Part shown: positions 35,352 to 46,281 of the stretch, one piece after another
Numbering within the stretch: position 1 is the first letter of the stretch
Layout of the letters: each line of letters opens with the position of its first letter
Origin: Candidatus Berkelbacteria bacterium
GTDB lineage: Bacteria; Patescibacteriota; UBA1384; UBA12157
NCBI GenBank assembly: GCA_037127955.1
Contig: JBAXXI010000001.1
Location: forward strand, 73,217 to 137,216
DNA: 64,000 bases
Reading direction: 5' to 3'
Notes under the pieces: generated by a model
Told to the model about the DNA's origin: nothing
Databases searched by the model: none
Seen by the model: only the letters and a program-made list of their open reading frames with translations
Position numbers and translations under genes: made by a program

Positions 35352-37235
35352 ATGAGTAAAGTTATTGGTATCGATTTAGGTACTACCAACTCGGTCGTCA
35401 CCGTCGTTGAAGGCGGCAAGGCCAAAGTTATCCCAACTGCCGAGGGCGGCAACATTTGTCCATCAATCGTGGCCACCAGCAAAAATGGTGAAAGATTAGT
35501 TGGTCAATTGGCCAAACGCCAAGGCGTGACCAACCCAGAAAACACGATTTATTCGGTTAAGCGTTTAATCGGCCGTCATTTTGACGATGCCGAAGTTCAA
35601 AAAGACATCAAACTCATGCCTTACAAAATCGTCAAAGCTGGCGAAGGCGTCAAAGTTGTGATGCAAGGTAAAGAGTACACTCCACAGGAAATTTCAGCTT
35701 TCATTTTGGAAAAACTTAAAAAAGATGCTGAAGCTTACTTGGGTGAGAAAGTAACCAAAGCGGTTATTACCGTGCCGGCTTACTTTAACGATTCTCAACG
35801 CCAGGCAACCAAAGACGCTGGTCAAATTGCCGGACTTGAAGTCGAGCGAATTATCAATGAACCAACCGCTTCGGCCTTGGCTTACGGTTTAGATAAAGAA
35901 AAAGAAGGTAAAGTCGCGGTTTACGATTTCGGTGGCGGCACTTTCGATATTACCATTTTGGATATTGGCGACGGCGTGTTTGAAGTTCTTTCAACCGGCG
36001 GCGACACTCACCTTGGTGGTGATGATTTAGATCAAAAATTAATGGACTGGATTGTCGATGATTTCAAAGCCGAAGAAGGTGTTGATATCAAAAAAGATCC
36101 AATGGCCCTTCAGCGCGTTAAAGAAGCGGCTGAAAAAGCTAAAATTGAACTTTCAACTAATATGGAAAGTGAAATCAATTTACCGTTTATTACCGCCGAC
36201 GCTAACGGACCAAAACATTTGGTTAAAAAATTAACTCGCGCCAAACTTGAACAATTGACCGGCGAATTAATTGAAAAAACCGAAGGCATTTGTAAAAAAG
36301 TGGTTGATGAAGCCAAAATCAAAATGACCGATATTAAAGAAGTTATTTTGGTTGGTGGTCAAACTCGCATGCCTTTAATTCAAGAAACTGTCAAAAAGAT
36401 TTTTGGCAAAGCCCCAAGTCAAGAAGTTCACCCAGATGAATGCGTCGCGCTCGGTGCCGGCATTCAAGGTGGAGTTTTAACTGGTGAAGTCAAAGATTTG
36501 TTACTTTTGGATGTCACTCCGCTTAACTTAGGTTTAGAAACTCTAGGCTCAGTCATGACTCCGCTCATTGAGAAAAATACCACTATCCCCGCTTCCAAAT
36601 CTCAAGTTTTCTCAACTGCGGCCGACAACCAAACCTCTGTTGAAATCCATGTTTTACAAGGTGAACGAAGTATGGCTGCCGATAACCGCACCTTGGGTCG
36701 CTTTATTCTTGACGGTATCCCACCAGCGCCTCGCGGTATCCCACAAGTTGAAGTCACTTTTGACATTGATGCTAACGGTATCTTAAACGTTAAAGCGGTT
36801 GATAAAGCTTCTGGTAAAGAACAGAAGATTACTATCACTTCCAGCTCAGGTTTAAGCAAGGAAGAAATTGCCAAAATGCAAGCCGATGCTGAAGCTCACC
36901 GCGAAGAAGATGAAAAGAAAAAAGAAGTGATTGAAGTTAAAAATATTGCTGAAAATCTTTGCTACACCAGTGAAAAAACCTTAAAAGATGCTGGCGATAA
37001 AGTCAAAGAAGAAGATAAAAAATTAGTGGAAGAAAAAATTGCTGCCACTAAAGAAACCTTAAAAGGCGACGATATTGAAGCGATTAAAAAAGCCACTGAA
37101 GAATTGAGTACCGAAATTCAAAAAGTTGGCGCCGCCATGTACGAAGCCACTTCTAAAGAAGAAGCCGATAAAAAACCCGAAGAAGGTGCAGCTTCCGAAG
37201 AACCAAAAACTGAAGAAAAACCAGAAGAGAAATAA
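35352..37235 (+). CDS. dnaK: molecular chaperone DnaK (Hsp70)
   Basis: [20 protein letters not shown], and an Ala/Glu/Lys-rich C-terminal lid. Confidence 0.95.
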   Translation: MSKVIGIDLGTTNSVVTVVEGGKAKVIPTAEGGNICPSIVATSKNGERLVGQLAKRQGVTNPENTIYSVKRLIGRHFDDAEVQKDIKLMPYKIVKAGEGVKVVMQGKEYTPQEISAFILEKLKKDAEAYLGEKVTKAVITVPAYFNDSQRQATKDAGQIAGLEVERIINEPTASALAYGLDKEKEGKVAVYDFGGGTFDITILDIGDGVFEVLSTGGDTHLGGDDLDQKLMDWIVDDFKAEEGVDIKKDPMALQRVKEAAEKAKIELSTNMESEINLPFITADANGPKHLVKKLTRAKLEQLTGELIEKTEGICKKVVDEAKIKMTDIKEVILVGGQTRMPLIQETVKKIFGKAPSQEVHPDECVALGAGIQGGVLTGEVKDLLLLDVTPLNLGLETLGSVMTPLIEKNTTIPASKSQVFSTAADNQTSVEIHVLQGERSMAADNRTLGRFILDGIPPAPRGIPQVEVTFDIDANGILNVKAVDKASGKEQKITITSSSGLSKEEIAKMQADAEAHREEDEKKKEVIEVKNIAENLCYTSEKTLKDAGDKVKEEDKKLVEEKIAATKETLKGDDIEAIKKATEELSTEIQKVGAAMYEATSKEEADKKPEEGAASEEPKTEEKPEEK

Positions 37236-37327
37236 ATCTTCACAAAGAAATTCCCCCTTGGCTAGTTGTGTCCAGGGGGAATTTCTGGTAAAATACAAAA
37301 GTTACAGTAAATAATTAACTAAAAAAA

Positions 37328-37936
37328 ATGAATAAAGATTACTACAAAATTTTAGGCGTTTCTAAGTCCGCTTCCGCGGACGAAATTAAACGCGCTTACC
37401 GAAAACTAGCTCATCAACACCACCCCGATAAAAACGGTGGTAAAGATGAGAAGTTTAAAGAACTCAACGAAGCCTACCAGGTTTTATCTGACGAGAAAAA
37501 ACGAGCCCAGTACGATCAATTTGGCACGACTGATTTTAGCGGTGCAGGTTTCGGTGGCGGCAATCCATTTGGCGGCCAGTACGGTAATGCTCAGGATTTC
37601 GATTTTTCTGGCTTTGGTTTTGGGGGCGGGATTGGCGATATATTTGAAAGCATGTTTAGCCAAGCCATGAGCCATGTCCAAGCCGAAGTTGAAATTTCCC
37701 TAACTCAGGCCATGCTCGGTGATAAGATTCAACTTAAAACTACCAACAACGATACCATCACTTTAGATATTCCTTCCGGCACGCCTGACGGCGCTTCCTT
37801 CCGCTTCCGCGGTAAAGGCAATCAAACCAAGCATGGCCGCGGCGACCTAACTATCAGCGTCAGAATCCGCATGCCACACCGCCTCACTCGCGAACAACGC
37901 GAACTCTTCGAGCAATTGAAACGTACCGGACTCTAA
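37328..37936 (+). CDS. dnaJ: J-domain co-chaperone (DnaJ-like; J domain and Gly/Phe-rich region, no Cys-rich zinc-finger domain)
   Basis: [32 protein letters not shown] (HPD motif) and [10 protein letters not shown]. Only 202 aa. Confidence 0.8.
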   Translation: MNKDYYKILGVSKSASADEIKRAYRKLAHQHHPDKNGGKDEKFKELNEAYQVLSDEKKRAQYDQFGTTDFSGAGFGGGNPFGGQYGNAQDFDFSGFGFGGGIGDIFESMFSQAMSHVQAEVEISLTQAMLGDKIQLKTTNNDTITLDIPSGTPDGASFRFRGKGNQTKHGRGDLTISVRIRMPHRLTREQRELFEQLKRTGL

Positions 37937-37946
37937 AATACAAAAA

Positions 37947-37975
37947 ATACCAGGCCAAAACCTGGTATTTTTTTA
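37947..37975 (+). terminator. rho-independent terminator after dnaJ
   Basis: ATACCAGGccaaaaCCTGGTAT followed by TTTTTTTATTTT. Confidence 0.7.
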
Positions 37976-37995
37976 TTTTGAAACTCAAATTTAAT

Positions 37996-38202
37996 TTAAT
38001 CAACCCACTCAACATTAGCAAAATTATGCTTTGTTGCAATCAAAATCACATCGATTAACCACCAAATACCAAAACCTCCACCGGTTACTAATTTTAAAAT
38101 TCCAGTTCCGATTTTACCCATCATAAATCGATCAACACCTAATGTCCCAAAAACAATCGACATTACAAGTGTAACAGTCCAGTTAAGTTTCTTTGGTTGC
38201 AT
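37996..38202 (-). CDS. TM2-domain membrane protein
   Basis: GVDRFMMGKIGTGILKLVTGGGFGIWWLIDVI, matching the TM2 family pattern. Confidence 0.65.
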   Translation of the reverse strand: MQPKKLNWTVTLVMSIVFGTLGVDRFMMGKIGTGILKLVTGGGFGIWWLIDVILIATKHNFANVEWVD

Positions 38203-38307
38203 GGCTCTCCTTTATTCTTTAATAAGAATAAAATTAAATATTAATTTACATTTAAAGTATACACCGAATAAACTCATGCTTCAATTATTGCGAGTCAATA
38301 TATTTTT

Positions 38308-38337
38308 TTGTATAATATATACAAATCGTGGTATACT
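38308..38337 (+). promoter_or_regulatory. promoter with extended -10 TGgTATACT. A second possible upstream promoter is TTGCGA-17-TATAAT at 38288-38316
   Basis: Seen directly. Confidence 0.45.
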
Positions 38338-38355
38338 AGATTTAATAAGTCTATA

Positions 38356-38373
38356 CGGAATTTCAGTATTCCG
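38356..38373 (+). promoter_or_regulatory. leader hairpin motif A CGGAATTTCAGTATTCCG, about 18 nt downstream of the -10
   Basis: Perfect 6-bp inverted repeat. Identical to the minus-strand copy at 16638-16655. Confidence 0.55.
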
Positions 38374-38419
38374 AAATACACTGGATTAGTAAACAAAAAC
38401 AAAAGTCGGAGGGGAAATT

Positions 38420-38935
38420 ATGCCAGCACCGTCATGGGACTTGGCAATATCGGTGATTTTTCTAGTCGGAATTGCTTTCGGCTGGATTTTACAAAAAGAT
38501 AAAATTATCGGAACTCTTTTAGGTGTTTACGTCGGTTTAATTATGACGCAGGCTTTTTCAGGAAATATTCAAAAATTCTTTCAAGGCGATACTACCCTAT
38601 TTAACCAAATCTGGATTCGAGCCGACGCCAGCCCGTTCACGGTCAATGTTATTATTTTTGCCTTATGTATCATGATTGTTTCAACCCGTGCCAATGTTTC
38701 AAGCAGTAAATCAAAAGGTCTTTTATCACCACTTGAAATTGTTGTTTATTCAGTTTTGACAACCGGATTGATTCTTGGCTCATTAGCCTACTTTATGCCA
38801 GCAGATGCCCGCACCCCATTTATAATGACTTCACGTATGGCAAAATTTATTATTGAAAATTACACATTTTGGCTCGCTGCCCCGGTCGTCTTTATGGTTG
38901 TATCTGGCTTTATCAATAAAGATAAAAACGACTAA
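38420..38935 (+). CDS. hypothetical membrane protein (about 5 TM helices)
   Basis: SD GGAGGGGAAATTATG. Hydrophobic profile. Confidence 0.5.
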   Translation: MPAPSWDLAISVIFLVGIAFGWILQKDKIIGTLLGVYVGLIMTQAFSGNIQKFFQGDTTLFNQIWIRADASPFTVNVIIFALCIMIVSTRANVSSSKSKGLLSPLEIVVYSVLTTGLILGSLAYFMPADARTPFIMTSRMAKFIIENYTFWLAAPVVFMVVSGFINKDKND

Positions 38936-38972
38936 AATAAACCAAAATACTAAGTTCTCAATTCAAAACTCT

Positions 38973-39000
38973 TGAAAAATAAATCTAAATATGATATAAT
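38973..39000 (+). promoter_or_regulatory. promoter TTGAAA-16-TGaTATAAT upstream of tRNA-Lys
   Basis: Hexamers seen directly. Confidence 0.55.
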
Positions 39001-39024
39001 TTTTTTGAAATAAAAAAACTTTAT

Positions 39025-39099
39025 GGGCCAGTAGCTCAGTGGTAGAGCAATTGCCTTTTAAGCAATGTGTCGTGGGTTCGATCCCCACCTGGCCCTCCA
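39025..39099 (+). tRNA. tRNA-Lys (UUU), CCA encoded
   Basis: GGGCCAGTAGCTCAGTGGTAGAGCAATTGCCTTTTAAGCAATGTGTCGTGGGTTCGATCCCCACCTGGCCCTCCA. Confidence 0.9.
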
Positions 39100-39104
39100 T
39101 AAAG

Positions 39105-39127
39105 ATACACCGAAAGGTGTTTTTTTG
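39105..39127 (+). terminator. rho-independent terminator after tRNA-Lys
   Basis: ACACCgaaaGGTGT followed by TTTTTTT. Confidence 0.65.
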
Positions 39128-39251
39128 TTATACAAAAAACATACTAAATAAACCAACGACTAATAATGCAAAATAATCTCAATCTTTAAAAATACGATAA
39201 TTAAACTTTGACAAACAAACCTTAAAGTGTTATATTTTTTCTAACTACACC

Positions 39252-39773
39252 ATGCGAGGTAAAAATATGAATATCACGAAAAAAGTTTCTCTGACCTTAA
39301 CAAAAAATTGGTGGCACGAAATTAACAACAACGAAAATATCACCAACTTATCTAAAAGCAAATTAATAAGCGCGATCAATTCGTTTACATCTTACAACGA
39401 ACCACCAACACTAACTGCCGAACTAAAAAAAGACGAATTTGAAAAAATTATGTCAGAAATTTCAGATGTCACTTTTAGTGGAAAACCACTTTTTATTGTT
39501 TGCGAAAATCATGAAAATGTTTCGCGCATTCGCATTACTGATGAAAAAAGTCCAAATTGGGACGAATCAATCTGGATTCCAGGCAATGATTGCAACGAAG
39601 GCTTGCCCAAACCATCAGAAAAATCTATTTATTTGATCAGAACAAGGCATAACAACATTTATTATGCAAAAGTTCGCAAAACAAATGATAAAAAAGAGGA
39701 TGATAAATGGATTACTCTTGAAGGAAAAGTGATCAACCCAAAAATCGTAACTGGATGGTTCCACCTTTGTTAA
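39252..39773 (+). CDS. hypothetical protein (about 170 aa)
   Basis: Intact ORF with a terminator downstream. Confidence 0.45.
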   Translation: MRGKNMNITKKVSLTLTKNWWHEINNNENITNLSKSKLISAINSFTSYNEPPTLTAELKKDEFEKIMSEISDVTFSGKPLFIVCENHENVSRIRITDEKSPNWDESIWIPGNDCNEGLPKPSEKSIYLIRTRHNNIYYAKVRKTNDKKEDDKWITLEGKVINPKIVTGWFHLC

Positions 39774-39777
39774 CTTT

Positions 39778-39801
39778 CAACCCGCTTTAGAGCGGGTTTT
39801 T
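39778..39801 (+). terminator. rho-independent terminator
   Basis: AACCCGCTttagAGCGGGTTTTT. Confidence 0.7.
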
Positions 39802-39886
39802 ATTTACGCTTGAATTAATCCTATATTTCTGCTACCATACAAATACCTGTTTTCTCAAACTTTGAATCAGGAAAGGAGCGTACCTT

Positions 39887-40240
39887 ATGAAAAAACTGTC
39901 CCTCTCGGCGATACTTATTATCGTCGCAATCGTTGTAATTGGGTTAATCGGTTGTAGCAATAAGACCAAACCGACAATATCAACTCCGCTTCAATTTTCA
40001 GTTCAATTGACTATTGAAGATGCAAAACTGAAAACCGTCACTGTCACCGCAGACGATACAGCTTTGTCGGCTATCCAAAAAGCCTACACTTATACTCGCG
40101 ACGCCGACGGCACTACTATCGATGGTACCAAACATTTTTGGAGTTATACCGTTGATGGTATCGAACCTAAAGTTTATATTGGCGATTATAAAATCACCAA
40201 AAATTGCAAAATCAATTTGAAACCCTTAACTCTGCCTTGA
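39887..40240 (+). CDS. putative lipoprotein (signal peptide with lipobox LIGC)
   Basis: N-terminal signal with Cys, followed by a beta-rich domain. Confidence 0.5.
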   Translation: MKKLSLSAILIIVAIVVIGLIGCSNKTKPTISTPLQFSVQLTIEDAKLKTVTVTADDTALSAIQKAYTYTRDADGTTIDGTKHFWSYTVDGIEPKVYIGDYKITKNCKINLKPLTLP

Positions 40241-40246
40241 CTACTC

Positions 40247-40269
40247 AACCCGCCTACCGGCGGGTTTTT
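40247..40269 (+). terminator. rho-independent terminator
   Basis: AACCCGCCtaccGGCGGGTTTTT. Confidence 0.7.
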
Positions 40270-40301
40270 AAAATAAAAAATAAATAATCAAATATTCATC
40301 A

Positions 40302-40330
40302 TTGCCTCTTTGACATTTTATTGGTATAAT
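40302..40330 (+). promoter_or_regulatory. eno promoter with extended -10 TGgTATAAT (-35 uncertain, TTGCCT at 17-nt spacing)
   Basis: Seen directly. Confidence 0.45.
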
Positions 40331-40344
40331 AGAATAAATTCTAT

Positions 40345-40367
40345 GCGGAATTTCAGCATGCGGAAAT
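40345..40367 (+). promoter_or_regulatory. motif A variant GCGGAATTTCAGCATGCGGAAAT in the eno leader. A further CGCGGAATTTTTCAAAG copy sits at 40413-40434 next to the palindrome TTTTCAAAgTTTTGAAAA
   Basis: Shares the CGGAATTTCAG core with the copies at 16638 and 38356. Confidence 0.45.
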
Positions 40368-40394
40368 ATGGCCAACAATATTACATTATATTAA

Positions 40395-41756
<1,362 letters not shown>

Positions 41757-41773
41757 AAACAATACAAACCTTT

Positions 41774-43297
41774 ATGAATAAATTTACCGAACAAGTAGTC
41801 TTAATTGTGTTAGATGGTTGGGGCTACACCGAAACAACAGAACATAACGGAATTTTCGAAGCACAAACTCCTTACTTTGATTATTTGTGGCAAAATTTTC
41901 CCCACTCTTTACTCGAAGCTAGCGGCGAAGCCGTTGGTTTACCAAACGGTCAAATGGGCAATAGTGAAGTTGGTCACACTATTATTGGTGCCGGTAAAAT
42001 TGTAAATACTGATTTAGTCAAAATTTCAAAATCTATTGAAAGAAATGAATTCAATCAAAACTCAGCTTTTTTAGAATTATTTAACCATATCAAAAAACAC
42101 AATTCGACTTTACATGTTCAAGGTTTGATCGGTCATGGCGGTGTTCACAGTCACAGCCAACATTTATTTGCATTTTTAAAAGCAGCCAAAGAAAGCGGCA
42201 TTGAAAAAATTGCAATCCACATTTTTACTGACGGTCGCGACAGCGCACCTCAAAGTGCCGGCGAGTATATTAAAGAGTTAGAAAATATATTAAAAGAAAT
42301 TGGCATTGGTTTTATTGCCACTGCCTCTGGACGGTTTTACGCCATGGACCGTGACAATAACTGGGACAGATTAACTAAAACCGAGCAAGCCATTTTTCAT
42401 GGCACAGCCAAATCCATTCAAACCAATAATCCATCTCAAATCATTGAGGAACTTTATAAAGATGGTATTGTCGACGAACATATTGAACCAATTATTTTCC
42501 TAGACGAAAACGGTAAAAATTATACTATTTCCGACAACGACGGTATTTTATTTTTTAATTTCCGCAAAGACCGTTCTCGTATGCTTAGTCAAAAAATCTT
42601 AGATCAGAAAAAAAATAAAAATCTTTGCTTTGTCACTATGACCGAATATGATAAAAATTTTGACTGCTTAGTGGCTTTTCCGCCAGAAGAAATTAACACA
42701 ACACTGGCCAAAGAAATTTCTGAAGCTGGCCTTGATCAGGCCCATATTGCTGAAACTGAAAAATTTGCTCATGTCACCTATTATTTTAATGGTGGCAGGC
42801 AAACACCTTACAAAAACGAGAAGCAAATTCTAATCGATAGTCGCAAAGACATCCAGACTCATGATCAAGCTCCACAAATGAAAGCTCGGGAAATCGCTGA
42901 AAAATCTACAGAAGAAATCAAAAATCATACCAATTTCATATTAATTAACTTTGCCAATCCAGATATGATTGGCCACACGGCTAACAAAAAAGCCTTACTC
43001 GAATCTCTAAGTTTTATGGACAAACAATTAGAAAAAGTGGTCAAAGAAGCAATTAATCATAATTATAAAATTATCGTTACGGCCGACCATGGTAATGCTG
43101 AAATTTATTTTGATTCTAATTCAAACGAAAAACATACGGCCCACACTACCAATAAAGTACCTTTTATAATTATTGATCAAGATAAAAAATCTGTTCGTGA
43201 CGGCGGCCTAGCCGATATCGCTCCAACCATACTCGAATTACTTAATATAAAAAAACCAGAAGAAATGACCGGTCAATCTATATTTGTGTTAAAATAG
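41774..43297 (+). CDS. gpmI: 2,3-bisphosphoglycerate-independent phosphoglycerate mutase
   Basis: GNSEVGHTIIGAGKIV and ADHGNAE motifs. Follows eno. Confidence 0.9.
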   Translation: MNKFTEQVVLIVLDGWGYTETTEHNGIFEAQTPYFDYLWQNFPHSLLEASGEAVGLPNGQMGNSEVGHTIIGAGKIVNTDLVKISKSIERNEFNQNSAFLELFNHIKKHNSTLHVQGLIGHGGVHSHSQHLFAFLKAAKESGIEKIAIHIFTDGRDSAPQSAGEYIKELENILKEIGIGFIATASGRFYAMDRDNNWDRLTKTEQAIFHGTAKSIQTNNPSQIIEELYKDGIVDEHIEPIIFLDENGKNYTISDNDGILFFNFRKDRSRMLSQKILDQKKNKNLCFVTMTEYDKNFDCLVAFPPEEINTTLAKEISEAGLDQAHIAETEKFAHVTYYFNGGRQTPYKNEKQILIDSRKDIQTHDQAPQMKAREIAEKSTEEIKNHTNFILINFANPDMIGHTANKKALLESLSFMDKQLEKVVKEAINHNYKIIVTADHGNAEIYFDSNSNEKHTAHTTNKVPFIIIDQDKKSVRDGGLADIAPTILELLNIKKPEEMTGQSIFVLK

Positions 43298-43327
43298 TAA
43301 TAGATAACTATTTAACGAAAGGTAATT

Positions 43328-43900
43328 TTGACTGGAAAAACTCACCAAATTTTTGGTATCGGTGTTGGCCTGGCTATATTTTTAAATCTAGCCGAACCAA
43401 CCTACTCACCTGCCACCTTGGCCGCGGTTTTAGTATTTTCATCTTTAGGTTCACTTTTACCAGATCTAGATAAAGCCTCAGCTGAATTTTGGCATAGTTT
43501 TCCCGTTGTCGGTCACAGTGCTGGCAAAATTGTTGATCCATTTATTTCTCACCGAAATATTACTCATTCTGTTATCGGCACTGCCTTGGCCGCCGCTTTA
43601 TTTTACTTTATACTCGAATCTTTCCCAGATTATTGGGGTGTCAATACCACTGTTGTCTTTATCGTATCTGTTGCCAGCTATTTAAGCCATTTATTAGCCG
43701 ACAGTTTTACAGTCGAAGGCATCCCACTTTTTTGGCCAGCCAAATGGAAATTCGGCATTCCTCCCAAACCGTTCGATGGCTTAAGAATTGTAACAGGAAA
43801 GTGGTTTGAAAATTTAATCATTTTCCCAATTATTAATATTACCCTGCTCTTACTAGTTATAAATTCCTGGCCGACTATCAAAATTATTTTGTTCAAATAA
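43328..43900 (+). CDS. membrane-bound metal-dependent hydrolase, YdjM/DUF457-like
   Basis: Polytopic membrane protein with a conserved His pattern. TTG start. Confidence 0.45.
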   Translation: MTGKTHQIFGIGVGLAIFLNLAEPTYSPATLAAVLVFSSLGSLLPDLDKASAEFWHSFPVVGHSAGKIVDPFISHRNITHSVIGTALAAALFYFILESFPDYWGVNTTVVFIVSVASYLSHLLADSFTVEGIPLFWPAKWKFGIPPKPFDGLRIVTGKWFENLIIFPIINITLLLLVINSWPTIKIILFK

Positions 43901-43945
43901 TAATAAGTATATAATAAAAACAAGCAATAAATATTAGGAGGTCAC

Positions 43946-44305
43946 ATGATTATTGGAATTATCGTTCGTTGGGTTTTAAACGCCTTGGTCTTATTCGGCA
44001 TCTCTTATATCGTTCCTGGTGTATATTTTGCTAATTTTTACGCCGCACTTATTTTAGTCGTAGTTTTAGGTATAATTAATGCAATCATTAAACCGATTTT
44101 GGTTTTCTTTACTTTGCCAATAAATATTCTAACTCTCGGGCTTTTTACTTTAGTTATTAACGGCTTACTCTTCTTATTAGCTTCAACTATTGTCAAAGGC
44201 TTTGTGGTTACTGGTTTCTGGCCAGCCTTCTTTGCCTCATTAGTATTTTCTTTGGTTTCAACCTTACTTTCCTGGCTCGATCAAAGTTTACAAAAAGAAG
44301 TTTAA
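43946..44305 (+). CDS. DUF360 / phage-holin-family-4-like membrane protein
   Basis: Four TM helices. SD AGGAGGTCACATG. Confidence 0.5.
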   Translation: MIIGIIVRWVLNALVLFGISYIVPGVYFANFYAALILVVVLGIINAIIKPILVFFTLPINILTLGLFTLVINGLLFLLASTIVKGFVVTGFWPAFFASLVFSLVSTLLSWLDQSLQKEV

Positions 44306-44323
44306 ATTTATTTGTAGGAATAT

Positions 44324-44352
44324 AAAAATACCGCATAACGCGGTATTTTTTT
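44324..44352. terminator. bidirectional rho-independent terminator
   Basis: AAAAATACCGCataaGCGGTATTTTTTT. Confidence 0.7.
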
Positions 44353-44353
44353 A

Positions 44354-44488
44354 TACTAATATTATTGTTTAAGAATCTCCATATTTCCAAATACTGAAAT
44401 TCCGCGAGATTTTAAAACTATTGTTTCAAGATCTCCATACTGCTTCGCGACTCGAGATATTAAAGCTATTGTTTTAATATCTCCATAA
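44354..44488 (-). repeat. three tandem diverged copies (about 45-57 nt) of the lepA 3' end (TATGGAGATATTAAAACAATAG and variants), with a degenerate motif A copy (44387-44408) between copies
   Basis: Minus strand: lepA ends ...TTTATGGAGATATTAAAACAATAG, then ...GTATGGAGATCTTGAAACAATAG... and ...ATATGGAGATTCTTAAACAATAA downstream. Confidence 0.7.
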
Positions 44489-46202
44489 AAACGGAATCAG
44501 GGATTTCAAGACGACCCAACTGCTTCATTTTCTTTTTACCAGCCGCCTGCTTTTTCAAAAGTTTATTTTTACGAGTAATATCTCCGCCATAAAGTTTGGC
44601 AATAACATCTTTTTTCATGGCTGAAATATCTTCACGCGCCAAAATTTTACCAGGCTTACCATCAGTGCTATTCATAGCAATTTGAATCATGACCTCAAAC
44701 ATTTGTTTTGGAATCAAATCTTTAAGTTTTAAGGCCAAGGCTTTAGCCTGCGTTTGTACCTGAAAAGCGGGGACAATCTTATTAAATTCATCAATTTGCT
44801 GACTAGCCACAAAAACATCAAGTTTAACTAAATCACCAACTTTCCAGCCAATCAATTCGTAATTTTGCGACGCATACCCTTGAGTAGCCGATTTTAGTTT
44901 ATCGTAAAAATCAATGATAATTTCGGCTAACGGAGCCTCATACTTAATCACCGCCCGATCGCCAAAAAAGTTAGTTGTCTCGTAAACACCTCTTTTCATT
45001 TGAGCGAGTTCCATCACCTGGCCCAAGTATTCTTTTGGCGTAATGATTTCCATTTTAACCCAAGGTTCTTCGTAACGAGGCCTGCCTTCATCATGATTAA
45101 TTCGATATTCAACCGAAGGTTGGGTGACAATTAAATCTAAATTATTCTCGCGCTCCAAACGCTCTTTTACGATCTCTAAATGCAACAATCCCAAGAATCC
45201 ACAACGAAAACCATGACCAAAACTCTGTGAATTTTCAGGTTCATAAATCAAACTTGAATCATTTAATTTTAATTTTTCAAGCGCCGAACGAAGGTGATTA
45301 GGTTCTCCTCCCTGAAGAAAAAATGACGCATAGACCATTGGTTGCGGTTTTTTGTAACCCTCGATAGGGGAGACACCAATAGGGGAATTAAGAGTGACTG
45401 TGTCACCAACTTGAACATCAGCCAAATTTTTAGCGCCCGTCACAATATAGCCGATCTCCCCTGCCTCCAACGAAACTTTCGGCGCATATTTAAGCTTAAA
45501 CTCGCCTACTTCAACGGCCTCGGCGTTTTTATTAGCGGCCATAAATTTAATGCCCACGCCCTTACCCACTTTGCCATCCATCACTCTAATATAAGCAATG
45601 ACCCCACGGTAAGCATCATAAATCGAGTCAAAAATCATAGCCCGAAGCGGAGCCTCTATATCGCCTTTCGGTGCGGGAACTTGTTCAATCACTTTATCTA
45701 AAATTTCCAAAACCCCCTGGCCAGTTTTAGCCGAAACTCTTAAAATATCTTCGTCAAAAACACCGAGTAAATCTTGAATTTCCTCGCTCACCTCTTCGAT
45801 CATAGCATTTGGTAAATCAATTTTATTAATCACTGGTACAATTTTTAGGCCAGCTTTTTGGGCGTGCTCTAAATTAGCCAAAGTTTGGGCTTGAATGCCT
45901 TTCGTCGCATCCACCACCAAAATTGCCCCTTCAACAGCGGCCAAAGATCTTGAAACTTCATAGGCAAAATCAACATGTCCTGGCGTATCGATCAAGTTCA
46001 AGCTGTAACCTTTATAATCCATACGCACTGGCTGAAGTTTGATCGTAATACCGCGCTCACGCTCCAAATCCATGGTGTCGAGCATCTGCGGCTTACTATC
46101 GCGCACTTCAACCGTATGAGTTAACTCCAGCATACGATCAGCTAAAGTTGATTTACCGTGATCAATATGGGCTATAATTACAAAGTTCCTTATTTTATCC
46201 AT
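44466..46202 (-). CDS. lepA: elongation factor 4 (LepA)
   Basis: MDKIRNFVIIAHIDHGKSTLADR (G1 motif) and a LepA C-terminal domain. Start at 46202, preceded by AAAGGAG. Confidence 0.9.
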   Translation of the reverse strand: MDKIRNFVIIAHIDHGKSTLADRMLELTHTVEVRDSKPQMLDTMDLERERGITIKLQPVRMDYKGYSLNLIDTPGHVDFAYEVSRSLAAVEGAILVVDATKGIQAQTLANLEHAQKAGLKIVPVINKIDLPNAMIEEVSEEIQDLLGVFDEDILRVSAKTGQGVLEILDKVIEQVPAPKGDIEAPLRAMIFDSIYDAYRGVIAYIRVMDGKVGKGVGIKFMAANKNAEAVEVGEFKLKYAPKVSLEAGEIGYIVTGAKNLADVQVGDTVTLNSPIGVSPIEGYKKPQPMVYASFFLQGGEPNHLRSALEKLKLNDSSLIYEPENSQSFGHGFRCGFLGLLHLEIVKERLERENNLDLIVTQPSVEYRINHDEGRPRYEEPWVKMEIITPKEYLGQVMELAQMKRGVYETTNFFGDRAVIKYEAPLAEIIIDFYDKLKSATQGYASQNYELIGWKVGDLVKLDVFVASQQIDEFNKIVPAFQVQTQAKALALKLKDLIPKQMFEVMIQIAMNSTDGKPGKILAREDISAMKKDVIAKLYGGDITRKNKLLKKQAAGKKKMKQLGRLEIPDSVFMEILKQ

Positions 46203-46281
46203 GTATCTCCTTTGTAATTTCCGCGACAAACGGAAGTTTGGCCATAATTACGAAATTACGAATATTTGTTTGATTATCCAT
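46195..46281 (-). CDS. leader mini-ORF U2 (28 aa, MDNQTNIRNFVIMAKLPFVAEITKEIHG) mimicking the lepA N-terminus. Its stop overlaps the lepA ATG (CATGGATAA)
   Basis: The N-terminus MD..IRNFVI(M/I)A parallels lepA MDKIRNFVIIA with synonymous codon differences (CGT/AGG, AAT/AAC, TTC/TTT). Contains motif B (GCCAAACTTCCGTTTGTCGCGGAAATT). Confidence 0.4.
   Translation of the reverse strand: MDNQTNIRNFVIMAKLPFVAEITKEIHG
46215..46244 (-). promoter_or_regulatory. palindromic motif B copy 2
   Basis: Minus strand GGCCAAACTTCCGTTTGTCGCGGAAATT. Confidence 0.6.

Noticed and set aside
46195-46281. T4 gene-60-style translational bypass (take-off GGA followed by a stop)
   Set aside because: CAT-GGA-TAA is simply the duplicated lepA start context. 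The galT mini-ORF lacks it. No matching landing codon is in frame, and the downstream N-terminal copy is itself under amino-acid-level conservation, which implies independent initiation.
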